DNA of 63,040 nt, the filler included, from Octopus bimaculoides (Eukaryota): NCBI RefSeq assembly GCF_001194135.2. It is 6 parts of 6 records of this genome, joined end to end, with 100 filler letters (N's around TTAATTAATTAA, not from the genome) between each part and the next. Parts side by side here need not be neighbours in the genome. Positions count along the whole stretch, not along the records: positions 1 to 11,544 come from NC_068982.1; positions 11,645 to 17,120 come from NC_068983.1; 4 more parts are not named here. The stretch is one strand, 5' to 3'. The translations under genes were made by a program, and so were the position numbers. Below, piece by piece: positions 1-13,843 of the stretch. The notes beneath the pieces were generated by a model. The model did not search any database and was not told the DNA's origin. It was given only the letters and a program-made list of their open reading frames with translations. Position 1 is the first letter of the stretch. Each line of letters begins with the position of its first letter.

Positions 1-556
1 TGTACCAAAAGAAGGTCATGGTGACTGTTTGGTGGTCTGCGGCCGGTCTCATCCATCACAGCTTTTTGGATCCAGGCGAAACCATTACGGTGGAAAAGTA
101 CTGTCAGCAAATGGATGAAATGCATAAGAAACTCCGACAACAGCCAGCATTGGTCAATAGAAAACGACCAATTCTTCTCCACGACAACGCTTGGCCGCAC
201 GTCGTACAGCTGACCCTGCAGAAGTTGAACGAATTGGGCTACGAAACTCTGCCTCATCCGCCATACTCATCAGATCTCTCGCCTACCGACTACCACTTTT
301 TCAAGCATCTCGACAACTTCCTGCGTGAGAAATGCTTAAAAAACCAAGACGATGCCAGGCACGCCTTCAACGACTTCATCGCCACCAGAATGCAGGATTT
401 TTCCACTACTGGCATAAATAAGCTTGTTTCGCGTTGGCAAAAGTGTGTTGATTCTGATGGTGTTTATTTCGATTAATAAAGTTTTGTTTGAGCCGAGATA
501 TGGGCATCTGAATTTAAAGGTTAAAAAACCGCAAGAACTTTCTTGACAACCTAATA
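1..556 (+). mobile_element. Mariner (D34D) transposon 3' portion with right TIR; 5' part lies outside the window
   Basis: Open frame to stop at 476: VMVTVWW...LLHDNAWPH...HPPYSSDLSPTDYHFF. The spacing from D2 to D3 is 34 residues. Right TIR AAAAAACCGCAAGAACTTTCTTGACAACCTAA (523-554) plus TA resembles the Hsmar1-type TIR. Confidence 0.93.
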
Positions 557-567
557 TAAAGGAAAGA

Positions 568-860
568 CAGAGAGCTCTCAGAATCGTTAGTTAGCACATC
601 GGGCAAAATGCTCAGTGGCATTTCTTCCAGCTCTTTATGTTCTAAGTTCGAATCCCAACGATGTTAGCTTTGCCTTTTATCTATTATCTGACGATAAAAT
701 ACAAATCAAGTAATCTATGTAACCGACTTGGCTTTCCATTTCAAAATTGCTGACCTCGTACCCTGCAAGAGACCGGCGTTCCGTTCAGGGAGAGTGTCGT
801 GGTCTCGGTCACTTATACGCCATGGAAATCGGGTTACTGGCTTTGTGAGTTCAAGCAAAA
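568..860 (+). mobile_element. Degenerate tRNA-derived SINE (family C) with MetaSINE/V-like central segment
   Basis: B-box-like GTTCGAATCCC near 646; body similar to copies at 9476 and 9728; CCTGCAAGAGACCGGCGTTCCGTTCAGGG near 762 resembles the Meta/V domain motif. Confidence 0.55.
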
Positions 861-1555
861 TAAAAATTAAGAAAAAAGATGTAAAGGAAGGGGAGAGCAA
901 GGAGGACATTTTGTAAGTTGTTTGTCAATTTGTCAGGAAAACATGTAAGGAGAAAGGAAAACCGACATATTATTTAAGAACGTTATTCTGTTGATATAAA
1001 ACGAAAGAATGCGGTAGCCATGTTGAATTCTTCAAAAACTAAATAATGAAATAATTAAATTACAGGATAATTAAACTAATTAGAAATTAAATAATTTGAA
1101 GAATTTCAGAAATTGGGAAATAATTTTTTTAAATTCAATTTAAAAATTGAAAAGGAAAATAAATGAATTTAAATGGAGTAAATAAAAATAAAAGGATTCC
1201 AATAAGGATTAAAAATTAGAATTAAGATATTAAGAAAATATTATAAAAGGTGTTAGTTTTTTTGTGTGTATAAGCATATGAGGAAAAGATTTGCAAAAAT
1301 ATTGGATTTTATAGAGAAAAGTAAAATAAAATATATTTAAAGGAAAAGGAAAGAGATTATTAAATTTAAGGATAATGACTAAGAGATGGAATATACTTAA
1401 GGAATAGGGGAGGGCGTCACATAGCACTATTAAGAACAATAAGGAAAGTGGAGAAAGGAAGTGAGTATATTGGGGAATTGAAGGAGAAATGGCATATAAA
1501 GGTTGTATTGATAAGCTGAAGTGTGGAAAATTGATCAATAAGTACTTCATTAGTT

Positions 1556-1850
1556 CTTTATTTGACTGCGACCATGTAGGAGCACCATCTTAAAGGGTTT
1601 TAGTCGAAGAAACCAACTCTAGGACTTATTCTATCTGGTTTTTATTGAACCGCTAAGTTACGGGGACGTAAACACACCAGTATCGGTTGTCAAGCGATGG
1701 TGGGGGACAAACACAGACACAAAGACACATACATACATTATACATACATACATTATACATACATACATATACTAGCCGGTATACAGCACTTACTCGGTAT
1801 TACCTGTATCTTTGGGCTTGGTTAAAATCCAATACCCTCCTTAACCTTAT

Positions 1851-1893
<43 letters not shown>

Positions 1894-2060
1894 CATACAT
1901 ACATACGACGGTCTTCTTTCAGTTTCCTTCTACCAAATCGACTCACAAGGCTTTGGTCGGCCCGAGGCTATAGTAGAAGACGCTTGCCCAAGTGCCATGC
2001 AGTGGGACTGAATCCGGAACGATATGGTTGGGAAGGAACCCTCTTACCACACAGCCACGC
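1556..2060 (-). mobile_element. SINE family A (tRNA head, CORE-like segment, internal microsatellite; octopus OR-type)
   Basis: Matches the body shared by many copies here (GGCTGTGTGGTAAG...GGGCAAGTGTCTTCTACTATAGCCTCGGGCCGACCAAAGCC...GCATGGCCGCAGTCAAATGA). Extra insert at about 1772-1850. Confidence 0.85.
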
Positions 2061-2224
2061 GTGATTAGTGTATGTTATAGTGTTTTTATTGTAGCATTGT
2101 ATTGTTTCATGAACATTGCTTCCCTCATTAAAATCTGTTTTTGTGTGGACTTCTTTAGAGTATAGATGCAGCTGCGAAAAAGAATATATATGAAGTAGAT
2201 GACGCTTCCACTCGAAACAAACTT

Positions 2225-2520
2225 TGAAATTCAATGTAGATATGTGGGACGATAAATTCGAGCAGAAAACCTTCAACCAAATTTCTACCATTAGAAATAT
2301 AAAAAAGGGGAATAGAACAAGCTATCTAATTGAGCTTCTAGTTAGAAAGAAGAGGAAGCTTCGAGAGATGCAAAGCATACAAAAACGGGGCAAAAATTTC
2401 ACGGGTTGTGCATTGCTGAGAAATTTCATGTTAAAAACAAATAATAATCTGCAAACTATGTAAATGTCTAGACAAGAGATCCTTGCTATATGTCACCACT
2501 TCGACAAGTACACTTTCAAA
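2225..2520 (+). mobile_element. Decayed Penelope-like element GIY-YIG endonuclease C-terminus
   Basis: Translation across stops: RYVG..FEQKTFNQISTIRNIKKGNRTSYL...CALL..RQEILAICHHFDKY, resembling the PLE pattern YIG..FKxRYxNH...C.LC..R.EI.SxCRH.NKF. Confidence 0.45.
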
Positions 2521-3140
2521 CTGGAATACCATACCATCGCCTAATTAAGTATATTAATACTTAAACCATTTAACAAGAACATTTATACACACTTTCTATT
2601 TCCCTCTCTTAATTTCCTTGTGATTTATTACAATTAAAGTCTTCGATATTTCCTACCTATTATCTTGCCATGCTCATTTCAATACAGTAGAATGGATCAA
2701 TATTTAACTATTGATCTGAACCACTACACTCTCTTTTGTTAACCTCATCAATTTTCGTCTACTTATACGAAGTCCAGATCTCACTACACTTTATAACAAT
2801 TCACGCTTTGATATCTTATAACATTAATTCTTTTACTTTCGACATTCATTGCTACATAGCAGTTAACTCCCTTCCTCCTCTCAGCCATATTTTGTACAGT
2901 ATTCACTTTTTGTATGCTCTCATTCTTATAACTACCCATTGGAAACAACTCACCCCTCCCAATAACGATATCTGTATCCCCCCGTTTGATACATTCAGGA
3001 TTCTTACGTTCGATTCTATTCTTCTGTTACTATGACATACATTATGTTGTAACTCAAACTCTTATATAAATATTTATGGATCACTTTTAGTGAAAAAAAA
3101 AAACCCTCGATTTTAGATGAACTAAAATGTTTACAGTGAA

Positions 3141-3179
<39 letters not shown>

Positions 3180-3736
3180 NNNNNNNNNNNNNNNNNNNNN
3201 NNNNNNNNNNNNNNNNNNNNNNNNNNNNNNNNNNNNNNNNNNNNNNNNNNNNNNNNNNNNNNNNNNNNNNNNNNNNNNNNNNNNNNNNNNNNNNNNNNNN
3301 NNNNNNNNNNNNNNNNNNNNNNNNNNNNNNNNNNNNNNNNNNNNNNNNNNNNNNNNNNNNNNNNNNNNNNNNNNNNNNNNNNNNNNNNNNNNNNNNNNNN
3401 NNNNNNNNNNNNNNNNNNNNNNNNNNNNNNNNNNNNNNNNNNNNNNNNNNNNNNNNNNNNNNNNNNNNNNNNNNNNNNNNNNNNNNNNNNNNNNNNNNNN
3501 NNNNNNNNATATATATATATATATATATATATAAAATAAGTGTTACCACAGTATGAAAAGTAGTAACTCCAGTTCTATGAAGCTACTGAATTTGTTGGCA
3601 TCAAAAACAGATTGGCTGTTTGCTCCTCAGGGATTTGTCAAATGAAGTTCAAAAATCGCTTAAGACCGTTCATTTAAAAATTTTTTTTACCATTTACGAG
3701 AAAATGAGTTAAATTTGCTTTGTTTATATATCGATC

Positions 3737-3997
3737 AAAGGAGCGTGGCCTAGTGGCTAGGCTGTTGCACTCATGATCGCTAGATCGTGAGTTCGATTCC
3801 CAGACCGAGCGGCGTGACGTGTTCTTGAGCAAAACATTTCATTTCACGTTGGTCCAGTCCCTCTTTCGAGCAGGGGTCGCGGCGGAATGTGGGCCTGCTC
3901 GCCTAGCCAGCGGGATGGCGTCATTCGAACGTTAAAATGATGCAAAGCGCATTGTGCTCAGCGATGTGTAACAACATTTGATATTCTGGTTGGTCAC
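3737..3997 (+). mobile_element. tRNA-derived SINE (family D)
   Basis: A box GTGGCCTAGTGG (about 3746) and B box GAGTTCGATTCCC (about 3790), then TTCTTGAGCAAAACATTTCA body; ends before a microsatellite. Confidence 0.7.
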
Positions 3998-4089
3998 ATA
4001 TATCATATGCTATATTTACCACATAGGTTACACACACACACACACACACACATTTCAGATTACTGCGTACTGCAGCAATCTGATAGTTA

Positions 4090-4330
4090 GGGGTCATCAA
4101 GTGTTCAGTTATCTACCTACAGAAATGAGAAACGTAAGAGGGACCTTGTCCAAAACATTCAGGAAGACGCTGGATGAACTCCTGACCATAATGACGGACC
4201 AGGCAATTTTACAAGGTTCAGTTGCTACTATCTTGATCAATAGCCAACTTTCAACCCTAAAACGTCAACAAAAGGCACTGCTGCAATATGGTCGCAGTCA
4301 ATTGGCTGTAACTGCAAAAGACAATAAAAG
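4090..4330 (+). mobile_element. CR1/L2-like LINE 3' end fragment
   Basis: RGHQVFSYLPTEMRNV...FRKTLDELLTIMTDQ matches the CR1 terminal G..LFN.LP..IRN...FK..LD.FL..VPD motif; followed by a tail like that of SINE A. Confidence 0.65.
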
Positions 4331-4344
4331 AGTATATTCTTTTA

Positions 4345-4748
4345 ATCTTTCATTTTTCTATTTGTTTGTCATTAGACTGCGACCATGCTGGAGCACCGCC
4401 TTGAAGAACTTTTAGTCGAATGAATCAACCCGAGTATTTCATATTTTTTTTTTTTGCTAAGCCCGGTACTTATTCTATCGGTCTCTTTGGCCGAGCCGCT
4501 AAGTTACTGGAACGTAAACACACTAACACCGGTTGTCAAGCGATAGAGGGGGACGAACACAGACACAAAGCCAAACAACACGCACACACACGACCGGTTT
4601 CTTTCAGTTTCCGCCTACCAAATCCACTCACAATGCTTTGGTCGGCCTGAGGCTATAGAAGACGACACTTGCCAAAGGTGCCACGCAGTAGGACTGAACC
4701 TGTGACCATCTGGTTAGGAAGCAAACTTCTTACCACACAGCCACGCCT
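4345..4748 (-). mobile_element. SINE family A, full length
   Basis: Same body as the 1556 copy; tail-to-tail with the CR1 fragment. Confidence 0.85.
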
Positions 4749-5025
4749 TACATGAATAGATATATATTAGAGCAGATCTCGAATATATACCTTATGAAAA
4801 CACTCGTAAATTATAAGTGACTCCTCCCATCGAAACAGATTTTAATAACACCAGGAAAAGAATTTGTGACATGTTATGTAGATTATCTATGCAATCATTA
4901 GACAGTAGCTCCTTCTGGGAGAATTTAGAATGAAGCAAAAGAGATAATTCCAAGAAGATTAGCCCACTGAAATTTTTTTTAATATAAACGTTGACGATGG
5001 CAGCAGATCTCGTCAATAAAGTCAA

Positions 5026-5064
5026 CCGGACTATCTTTCAATCTTGTTAGACCTTCTCAGCGAA
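5026..5064 (-). ncRNA. Decayed minimal hammerhead ribozyme-like motif
   Basis: Minus strand TTCG-CTGAGAA-GGTCT-AACA-AGATT-GAAA-GATAG-TC-CGG; hammerhead order retained but the core and stems carry substitutions. Confidence 0.3.
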
Positions 5065-5184
5065 TCATATTCTAAGTTCGCAAGAATTAAGATCGAACAG
5101 AATATATCGAAGTAGAAATAATAATAACAGGAACACTATGATTATGAATATCATTATGGTTGCGTGTGTTTGAGTGTCTGTGAA

Positions 5185-5280
5185 TACACACACACATACA
5201 TACATACATACTTACATACATACAAACATACATACATGCATAGATACATACATACATACATACATACATACATACATACA

Positions 5281-5316
<36 letters not shown>

Positions 5317-5558
5317 ATATATATATATANNNNNNNNNNNNNNNNNNNNNNNNNNNNNNNNNNNNNNNNNNNNNNNNNNNNNNNNNNNNNNNNNNNNNNN
5401 NNNNNNNNNNNNNNNNNNNNNNNNNNNNNNNNNNNNNNNNNNNNNNNNNNNNNNNNNNNNNNNNNNNNNNNNNNNNNNNNNNNNNNNNNNNNNNNNNNNN
5501 NNNNNNNNNNNNNNNNNNNNNNNNNNNNNNNNNNNNNNNNNNNNNNNNNNNNNNNNNN

Positions 5559-5592
<34 letters not shown>

Positions 5593-6257
5593 ATATACAC
5601 ATATGCATACATACACAAACGTATATATATAATACTGTCGGGTATAAAAAGACGCATTTATTTATTAACAATGATTAAAAAATCTGAGCAAAAAAGGCTT
5701 TCCTTTCATGTCTGAATGGAGAAGTAAATCTCTTCCCAGTACACACACGTTTACACACACACATATGTACACAAACACAACATAATCGATAATACACAAT
5801 ACTCACACACATACACGCATTAAAGAAGCATATCGCGTGCTTGAGTGTGTGTATATATAAATATAAATATATGTATGTATGTATGTATGTATGCATGTAT
5901 GTATGTATGTATGTATGTATGTATGTATGTATGTATGTATGTATGTGTTTTAAAACAAATGGATCTGTAATTTTCTGATAAGGATATTAAAGTATAAACA
6001 TGAAAGTCTTTTTTTGAGGTAACTTGAAAGCTTTCTTAAAAATCTATAGGGTCCAAACATTCTCATCCTTTTACTTTCACTTTCATACTTTATAACACAC
6101 GCACACACACATAAACACACACATTTATGCATGTATGTGTTTGCATATCGCTATTCGTATGAAATGAAGCTGTTTATAAATCAAACACGCAGAACGCTTT
6201 TACACTCAACCATTGATGGACATATACATACATACATACATACATATATATACATAC

Positions 6258-6305
<48 letters not shown>

Positions 6306-6580
6306 NNNNNNNNNNNNNNNNNNNNNNNNNNNNNNNNNNNNNNNNNNNNNNNNNNNNNNNNNNNNNNNNNNNNNNNNNNNNNNNNNNNNNNNNNNNNNNA
6401 TACATACATACATACATATGTATACACATATACATACATACATCCATACATATACATACATACATACATACATACATACATACATACACACACACATACA
6501 TACATACACACATACATACATACATACATACACACACACATACATACATACATACATACATACATACATACATACATACG
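5185..6580. repeat. (ATAC)n/(AT)n/(AC)n microsatellite blocks around two gaps
   Basis: Long ATAC, GTAT and AT runs at 5185-5330, 5870-5945 and 6210-6580. Confidence 0.95.
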
Positions 6581-9139
6581 CACACAACCAGCCAACAGAA
6601 TGGATAACATCAATAATACCATTATGGGTTTTCAAGAAGAAAGCAAGGAATCGTTAAAGTGTTCAGATGTTCTTGATGTTGTTGATCATGTGGGTTTCTT
6701 CCAAGCTTGTTAAGGGCTACTTAAGGAATGGATCATGTTTACCGAGCGCACGCGTTTGTGCGTGCGCGTATGCTTTTCGAAGAGTTTCGGTGAAGGTGCC
6801 GGCGTTCGTGACTAGCGCCGTGGTGGTGATGGTGTGGTGGTTAACAATGTAGTGGGGTTAGCAGTGGTGGTCGTGATGGTGTTTGTGGTTGTAGCGGGTA
6901 GTTCCAGTTGCAATTGTAGTGCTCGTTGTTGTTGTGGTAGTTGCAATTGTTGCTGTAGTCGCAGTGTAGGTGGTTGGAGTGATGATAGTTCTGGTGGTGG
7001 TAGTTGCGGCGGTAGTACTTGTAATTATGCTTGTGCTTGTTAGGACATAGTCTCGGTTGCAGTTATAGTGTTTCTTATTGTAGATGTATTTGTGATTGTA
7101 GCATACATAGTTATAGATGTCGCGGTTTCGCTCGAAGCCTACCCCTGTAGATTTTGTTTTTTTCTACTCTAAGCACAAGGCCCGAAATTTTTGTGTAGGG
7201 AACTTGTCAATTAGATCGACCCCAGTACGCAACTGGTACTTAATTTATCGACCCCGTAGATTGAAGAACAACTGGACAAGGGCTTGTTACCATGGCAGTC
7301 AGGATGATCTTAGAACTGTGGAGTTCCTCAATTGGCCCCAATTGGGGTCTCTTCTGCTTCAGGACGGCTGTCTCATCCTTGTGTTCACATATTTTGTATA
7401 CTATGGATGCTGTTTATCTCCGAACCCTAAGCCATCCACTTTTTTTTTCTTTTTTCAGTTGTTTTATGGTAAACCACACACAAATTCTAAACTGTCTTGT
7501 AATGTTCCCCTCATTGATGCCTCTGTGGCAAATAAAAAAAAAGTGATCGACATTTTGATGATGGTGATTTGGTGGCGATGATAGCGATGATGTGGTAGTG
7601 ATAGTGGTTCTTATTGACGGGCTGGTGGTAGTGATAGTGGTAGCTGGTGGAGGTCGTTGCTGTGGTAGTGGTGGTGGTGGTGTAAGATGCTGGTAGTGGT
7701 GGTGCTGCTGCTACAGGAGACGGTGATAGTGCGTGTAGGGGGTAATGTGTATGTGTATGTATGTATGTATGTATGTATGTATGTATATATGTGTGTGTGT
7801 GTGTGTGTGTGTGCGTGTGTGCGCGTGCGTTCGCGAGGGTGTATTTAAAAAGAAGACGTGTTTGCCGATTCTTTTGTTATTCAAGTATGTTGTTCTTGTT
7901 GTTGTTCACCGTTGCACAACGCCAACTTCCGATCTTCAAAGAGCAGCCGTATGGTATGGAATGGTATATGGTAACACGGTGTGGGGTACAGGGGTGTGTG
8001 TGGTGGAGTATGTTGTGCGAGTGTGGGGCTGGGGATTAGTATGTTGGTCTGGTGTAGGAGGCTGGTTTCAAGGGAGGAAGGAAGAAGAGAAAAAATGTAA
8101 ATAAAATAAAAAATTATTGCAAAAAAAAAAACGAGAAAGAACATGAGAAACAAACAAAACAAAAAAAAATTTCGAAACACACAGAAGAGCACAGCAGCCC
8201 AGATACTACTACTACTACTACTACTATCCCCCACACCACCACCACCACCACCACCATCACCACCACCACCACCACCACCACCACCACTACTACNNNNNNN
8301 NNNNNNNNNNNNNNNNNNNNNNNNNNNNNNNNNNNNNNNNNNNNNNNNNNNNNNNNNNNNNNNNNNNNNNNNNNNNNNNNNNNNNNNNNNNNNNNNNNNN
8401 NNNNNNNNNNNNNNNNNNNNNNNNNNNNNNNNNNNNNNNNNNNNNNNNNNNNNNNNNNNNNNNNNNNNNNNNNNNNNNNNNNNNNNNNNNNNNNNNNNNN
8501 NNNNNNNNNNNNNNNNNNNNNNNNNNNNNNNNNNNNNNNNNNNNNNNNNNNNNNNNNNNNNNNNNNNNNNNNNNNNNNNNNNNNNNNNNNNNNNNNNNNN
8601 NNNNNNNNNNNNNNNNNNNNNNNNNNNNNNNNNNNNNNNNNNNNNNNNNNNNNNNNNNNNNNNNNNNNNNNNNNNNNNNNNNNNNNNNNNNNNNNNNNNN
8701 NNNNNNNNNNNNNNNNNNNNNNNNNNNNNNNNNNNNNNNNNNNNNNNNNNNNNNNNNNNNNNNNNNNNNNNNNNNNNNNNNNNNNNNNNNNNNNNNNNNN
8801 NNNNNNNNNNNNNNNNNNNNNNNNNNNNNNNNNNNNNNNNNNNNNNNNNNNNNNNNNNNNNNNNNNNNNNNNNNNNNNNNNNNNNNNNNNNNNNNNNNNN
8901 NNNNNNNNNNNNNNNNNNNNNNNNNNNNNNNNNNNNNNNNNNNNNNNNNNNNNNNNNNNNNNNNNNNNNNNNNNNNNNNNNNNNNNNNNNNNNNNNNNNN
9001 NNNNNNNNNNNNNNNNNNNNNNNNNNNNNNNNNNNNNNNNNNNNNNNNNNNNNNNNNNNNNNNNNNNNNNNNNNNNNNNNNNNNNNNNNNNNNNNNNNNN
9101 NNNNNNNNNNNNNNNNNNNNNNNNNNNNNNNNNNNNNNN

Positions 9140-9430
9140 AACTATATCTGGTCTATTTGCCTTAATTTCTCTATCTGTGTGTATTGGCATATCCCAGAGT
9201 ATGGTTGCTTTCTCGTTTTCTGTGACCTTTTCTGGCGTGTGTTTATACCATCTTTTTTCTGTTGTTATTCCATAGTGTTGGCATAGCTTCCAGTGTATAT
9301 AGGTCCCAGCTCTGTCGTGTCTGTGAATATATTCCTTCTTAGCCAGGACTGGGCAGCCAGAGATAATATGATTTATTGTTTCTTGTCGACCTCCACATAT
9401 TCTACAGTTACTTGTTATATTTCTTTTCAT
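9140..9430 (-). mobile_element. RLE-type non-LTR retrotransposon fragment (R4/NeSL-like): CCHC knuckle plus start of restriction-like endonuclease
   Basis: CRICGGRQETINHIISGC...HRHD...ILWDMPIHTDREIKANRPDIV, truncated by the N gap. Confidence 0.88.
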
Positions 9431-9475
9431 TATGTGTTTTTGGTAATTTCTGGTGGGGAGTATTATTATTTAAAG

Positions 9476-9671
9476 CAGCGAGCAGGCAGAATCATTGATT
9501 CTGCCTACTCGCGGCATTTCGTCAGTCTTTATGTTCTGAGTTCAAATTCCGTCGAGGTCGACTTTGCCTTTCATCTTGTCGGGGTCGATAAATTAAGTAC
9601 CAGTGAAACACTGGGTCAATGTAATCGACTAGTCCCCGCCACCAAATTTTAAACCTTGTGCCTTTAGTAGA

Positions 9672-9728
<57 letters not shown>
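9476..9728 (+). mobile_element. SINE family C with (TAT)n tail
   Basis: GTTCTGAGTTCAAATTCCGTCGAGGTCGACTTTGCCTTTCATC...GGGGTCGATAAATTAAGTACCAG body, ending in a TAT repeat. Confidence 0.75.
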
Positions 9729-9729
<1 letters not shown>

Positions 9730-9935
9730 GCGACAAGCGGGCAAATCGCTCGAGTGTCGAAAAAAATGTATTGCGGTTTTTCTTCCGGTATTTTTACCTT
9801 CTGAGTTTGTGAAAAAATGTTTGTCTTTTATCCCTCCAGGGTCGATAAAATAAAGTGCCAGCGAAGAACTGGGTCGACTTTCTCCTCCCCCCGCCTCTCT
9901 TAAAATTTTCTGGCCTTGTACTTAAATCAGAAACA
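9729..9935 (+). mobile_element. Second, more diverged SINE family C copy in tandem
   Basis: CCAGGGTCGATAAAATAAAGTGCCAG...GGGTCGACTT...GGCCTTGTAC, homologous to the 9476 copy. Confidence 0.65.
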
Positions 9936-10284
9936 ATTTGCTTTGTTTTTACCGTTGTTATTATAATGATACAGTTAAAAGACTAAACAGCAGCAAGTGA
10001 AACCACAAGGAGAATGTCTTTAACAACAATAACATCAAAAACACCAACAGCAATAATAACAATAATAATAATAAGAAAATAAAACGTGTACAGACGTACC
10101 GAAGGAGAAATATCATGGAGTCGATGCATGTACAGGAACTCGATGAACAAAAGCGACAACGGCAGCAACAATAACAATAACATTAACAACTGTGACGACG
10201 ACGACGACAGCAACAAGGATATCAACATCATCAGCACGAATCGTTATAACGGACAAACAAAATTTTAAAAAAAGAGGCAACAGC

Positions 10285-11045
<761 letters not shown>

Positions 11046-11367
11046 ACAAAAGAAGAACATGAGCAATCAAAGGCAAGACAAAATATAAATAGATCTTGAG
11101 TGGTTTTTTTTTAAGAACAAGAAATTAAATAATCTTTTATGAATTTTCTGTCCTATTGGCCATCACTACATCCGGGTATTTTTTTTATTTCCAGTCGCAT
11201 TCTATTCCCCCCAACCCCTTCCTCTCTCTCCCTCGCGCACTCCCCCCTCCCTCACACACTTCTCACACTTTCTTTCTCTTCCTACCTGATCTCTTCCTTT
11301 ATGTCGTTTTTCTTTTCGTTTCTGTTATCAATATTTGGTTTTATGGAGGAGATAGATGAATAATAAC

Positions 11368-11410
<43 letters not shown>

Positions 11411-11588
11411 CTGATGATAATATTAATAATAATAATAATAATAATAACAATAATAATAATAATAATAAACATGGATGTGCTACACCGGGCTCCCTATACA
11501 AAAACATATCTAATCCAATAACATCGATGGAATTAGCCAAAAGANNNNNNNNNNNNNNNNNNNNNNNNNNNNNNNNNNNNNNNNNNNN

Positions 11589-11600
11589 TTAATTAATTAA
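11589..11600. other. Synthetic assembly spacer TTAATTAATTAA inside a 100-bp gap; also at 17165, 42423, 56193 and 59999
   Basis: Identical 12-mer giving stops in all six frames, embedded in N runs (44 N + 12 + 44 N counted at this site); five occurrences. Confidence 0.95.
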
Positions 11601-12564
11601 NNNNNNNNNNNNNNNNNNNNNNNNNNNNNNNNNNNNNNNNNNNNATATATATATATATATATATATATATACATGTTTTTTTTAAAAGGTACCATCAAGA
11701 GGAAAATGGTCCGCCCTTATTTCAAATAGCCAAGGGACTGAGTCTTGTTCAGCAAATAGCAGAATACTTCACGGTCTTGGTTATTTGCATAAATTAAACA
11801 AAGATGAGCTAAGATAAATAACTCAATCTGACCAGTGACAGGTATTTCAACAACATAGATAAATACAGGTACGTCAATTCACGATTTATCAAAAACATCT
11901 CTTAAAACAGTGTTAATTGCTCTTTTGTAATTATAACATCTTATGTAGAGGCGGTGATGATTTCAATAAATCGAGAATTTATCTCCAGTAGCCAAAGGAC
12001 TTAGACTTATATGAAAAGAATAGAACGTATGCGGATGAAAACACAACAAACCATGAAGGAACTTCCTATTAAGATATACTCAATGGTTGGAAGCATATGT
12101 TAAAAAGAGTCTCACTGAAGGTAGAGTGAGGCTGTATATGGTTGGTTTGAACATAAAAGAGGTGGAATATTTGGGCTGGATACGGCATGTCTAAAAACTA
12201 AAGGGTTAAAGAATATACCAAAGAATATAATAGGAACTATGGAGACTAGAGTAAATATGCGGATTAAAAGAGAGGAAGACATTTTTCATTCCAAATATAC
12301 AATTATACAACTATCTGCTTTAGCACTTCGTACGTAATTATCTCCACAATAACTAAATTTTCTCTAGTCATAAATACTCGTTTAACGTTAACATTTTAAC
12401 AATCAGCAATTCTCTCCCCTGTCATTAATTTTCCTTTCATTGTCAGCTGCCGTCATTTCTCTAACCTCATTGTTTAAAACTTCCCATTTGAATACACACA
12501 CACACGTGCACGCGCGCGCGTACACACACACATACACACACACAAAGAGACATACGCACAAAGA

Positions 12565-12601
<37 letters not shown>

Positions 12602-12708
12602 GCGCGCATGTGTGAACGTTCAGTTCCTTTTAATTGATAGTGACTTCGAGGTTTCGGAAGTCGTTGGCCTCGTCAGACAGGCACTTCTATGCGTATATAT
12701 ATTCTTTT

Positions 12709-13022
12709 TTTCCTTCTTTTATTTGCTTCAGTCATTTCACTGCGGCCATGCTGGAGCACTGCCTTTAGTATTAGAAATCAATCCCAGGACTTATTCTTTT
12801 TAAGTTCAGTACTTATTCTGTCGAACAATTTTGCCGAACCGCTAGGTTACGGGGACGTAAACACATCAATATCGGTTGTCAAGCGATGGTGGGGGCCAAA
12901 CATAGACACACACACACACACATCCGCGACGGGCTTCTTTCAGTTTCCGTCTTCCAAATTCACTCACAAGGCTTTGGTCAGCCCGAAGCTATAGTAGAAG
13001 ACACTTGCCCGGAACCATGTAG
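12709..13022 (-). mobile_element. SINE family A, head missing, left arm of a hairpin
   Basis: Tail and body intact; joins directly to the + copy. Confidence 0.85.
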
Positions 13023-13391
13023 GAGTGGCTGTGTGGTAAGAAGCTTACTTCCTAACTACATGGTTCCGGGCAAGTGTCTTCTACTATAGCCTCGGGTTGA
13101 CCAAAGCCTTGTGAGTGAATTTGGAAGACGGAAACTGAAAGAAGCCCGTCGTATAGATGTATATATGTATATATGTGTGTGTATATGTCTGCGTGTCTGT
13201 GTTTGTCTCCCCAACATCGCTTGACAACCGATGCTGATGTGTTTACGTCTCCGTAACTTAGCGGTTCGGCAAAAGAGTACGATAGAATAAGTACTAGGCT
13301 TCCAAAGAATAAGTCCTGGGGTCGATTTGCTCGACTAAAAAGGCGGTGCTCCAACATGGCCACAATCAAATGACTGAAACAAGTAAAAAGA

Positions 13392-13393
<2 letters not shown>
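13019..13393 (+). mobile_element. SINE family A with internal deletion in the B-box region, right arm of a hairpin
   Basis: AGGAGTGGCTGTGTGGTAAG head; deletion junction GGTTCCGGG|CAAGTGTC; full tail to GAAACAAGTAAAAAGAG. Confidence 0.88.
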
Positions 13394-13428
<35 letters not shown>

Positions 13429-13744
13429 CATCTTTGTGTGTGCTCGTTTGTGTATATTGGTGCATACGCACTAAATATGAAATAGTATATTAATCTTTAT
13501 TTCTATTATAAAAACAATTAAGCAAATCGCATCAAGTCAGCTTAATAATTGCTTGTAGCAGATCATCATAATTATTGCAGTTGTTATTATTATATTTTTT
13601 GTTTATGTACGTGTTTGTTTGTTTGCTTTGTATATTTAGATATAAATTCATATGNNNNNNNNNNTGTATCTCTCTCTCTCTCTATCTATCCTTTTTACTC
13701 TGTTTCTCTGTCTTTCTCTCTCTGTGTGTCTCTCTCTCTGTGTC

Positions 13745-13794
<50 letters not shown>

Positions 13795-13796
13795 AC

Positions 13797-13843
<47 letters not shown>

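Noticed and set aside
1-476. Domesticated SETMAR-like host gene
   Set aside because: An intact right TIR plus TA follows the stop, consistent with an ordinary mariner copy; the 5' context is outside the window.
1000-1550. A-rich stretch and 106-aa minus ORF as an L1-like fragment
   Set aside because: No diagnostic RT or endonuclease motif readable.
8114-9430. 438-aa ORF and other long ORFs spanning N runs
   Set aside because: N gaps translate as X without stops; only 9140-9430 is real, and it is a LINE fragment.
11589-11600. Recurrent TTAATTAATTAA palindrome as a biological motif
   Set aside because: Found only in the middle of N gaps; it is a synthetic six-frame-stop spacer.
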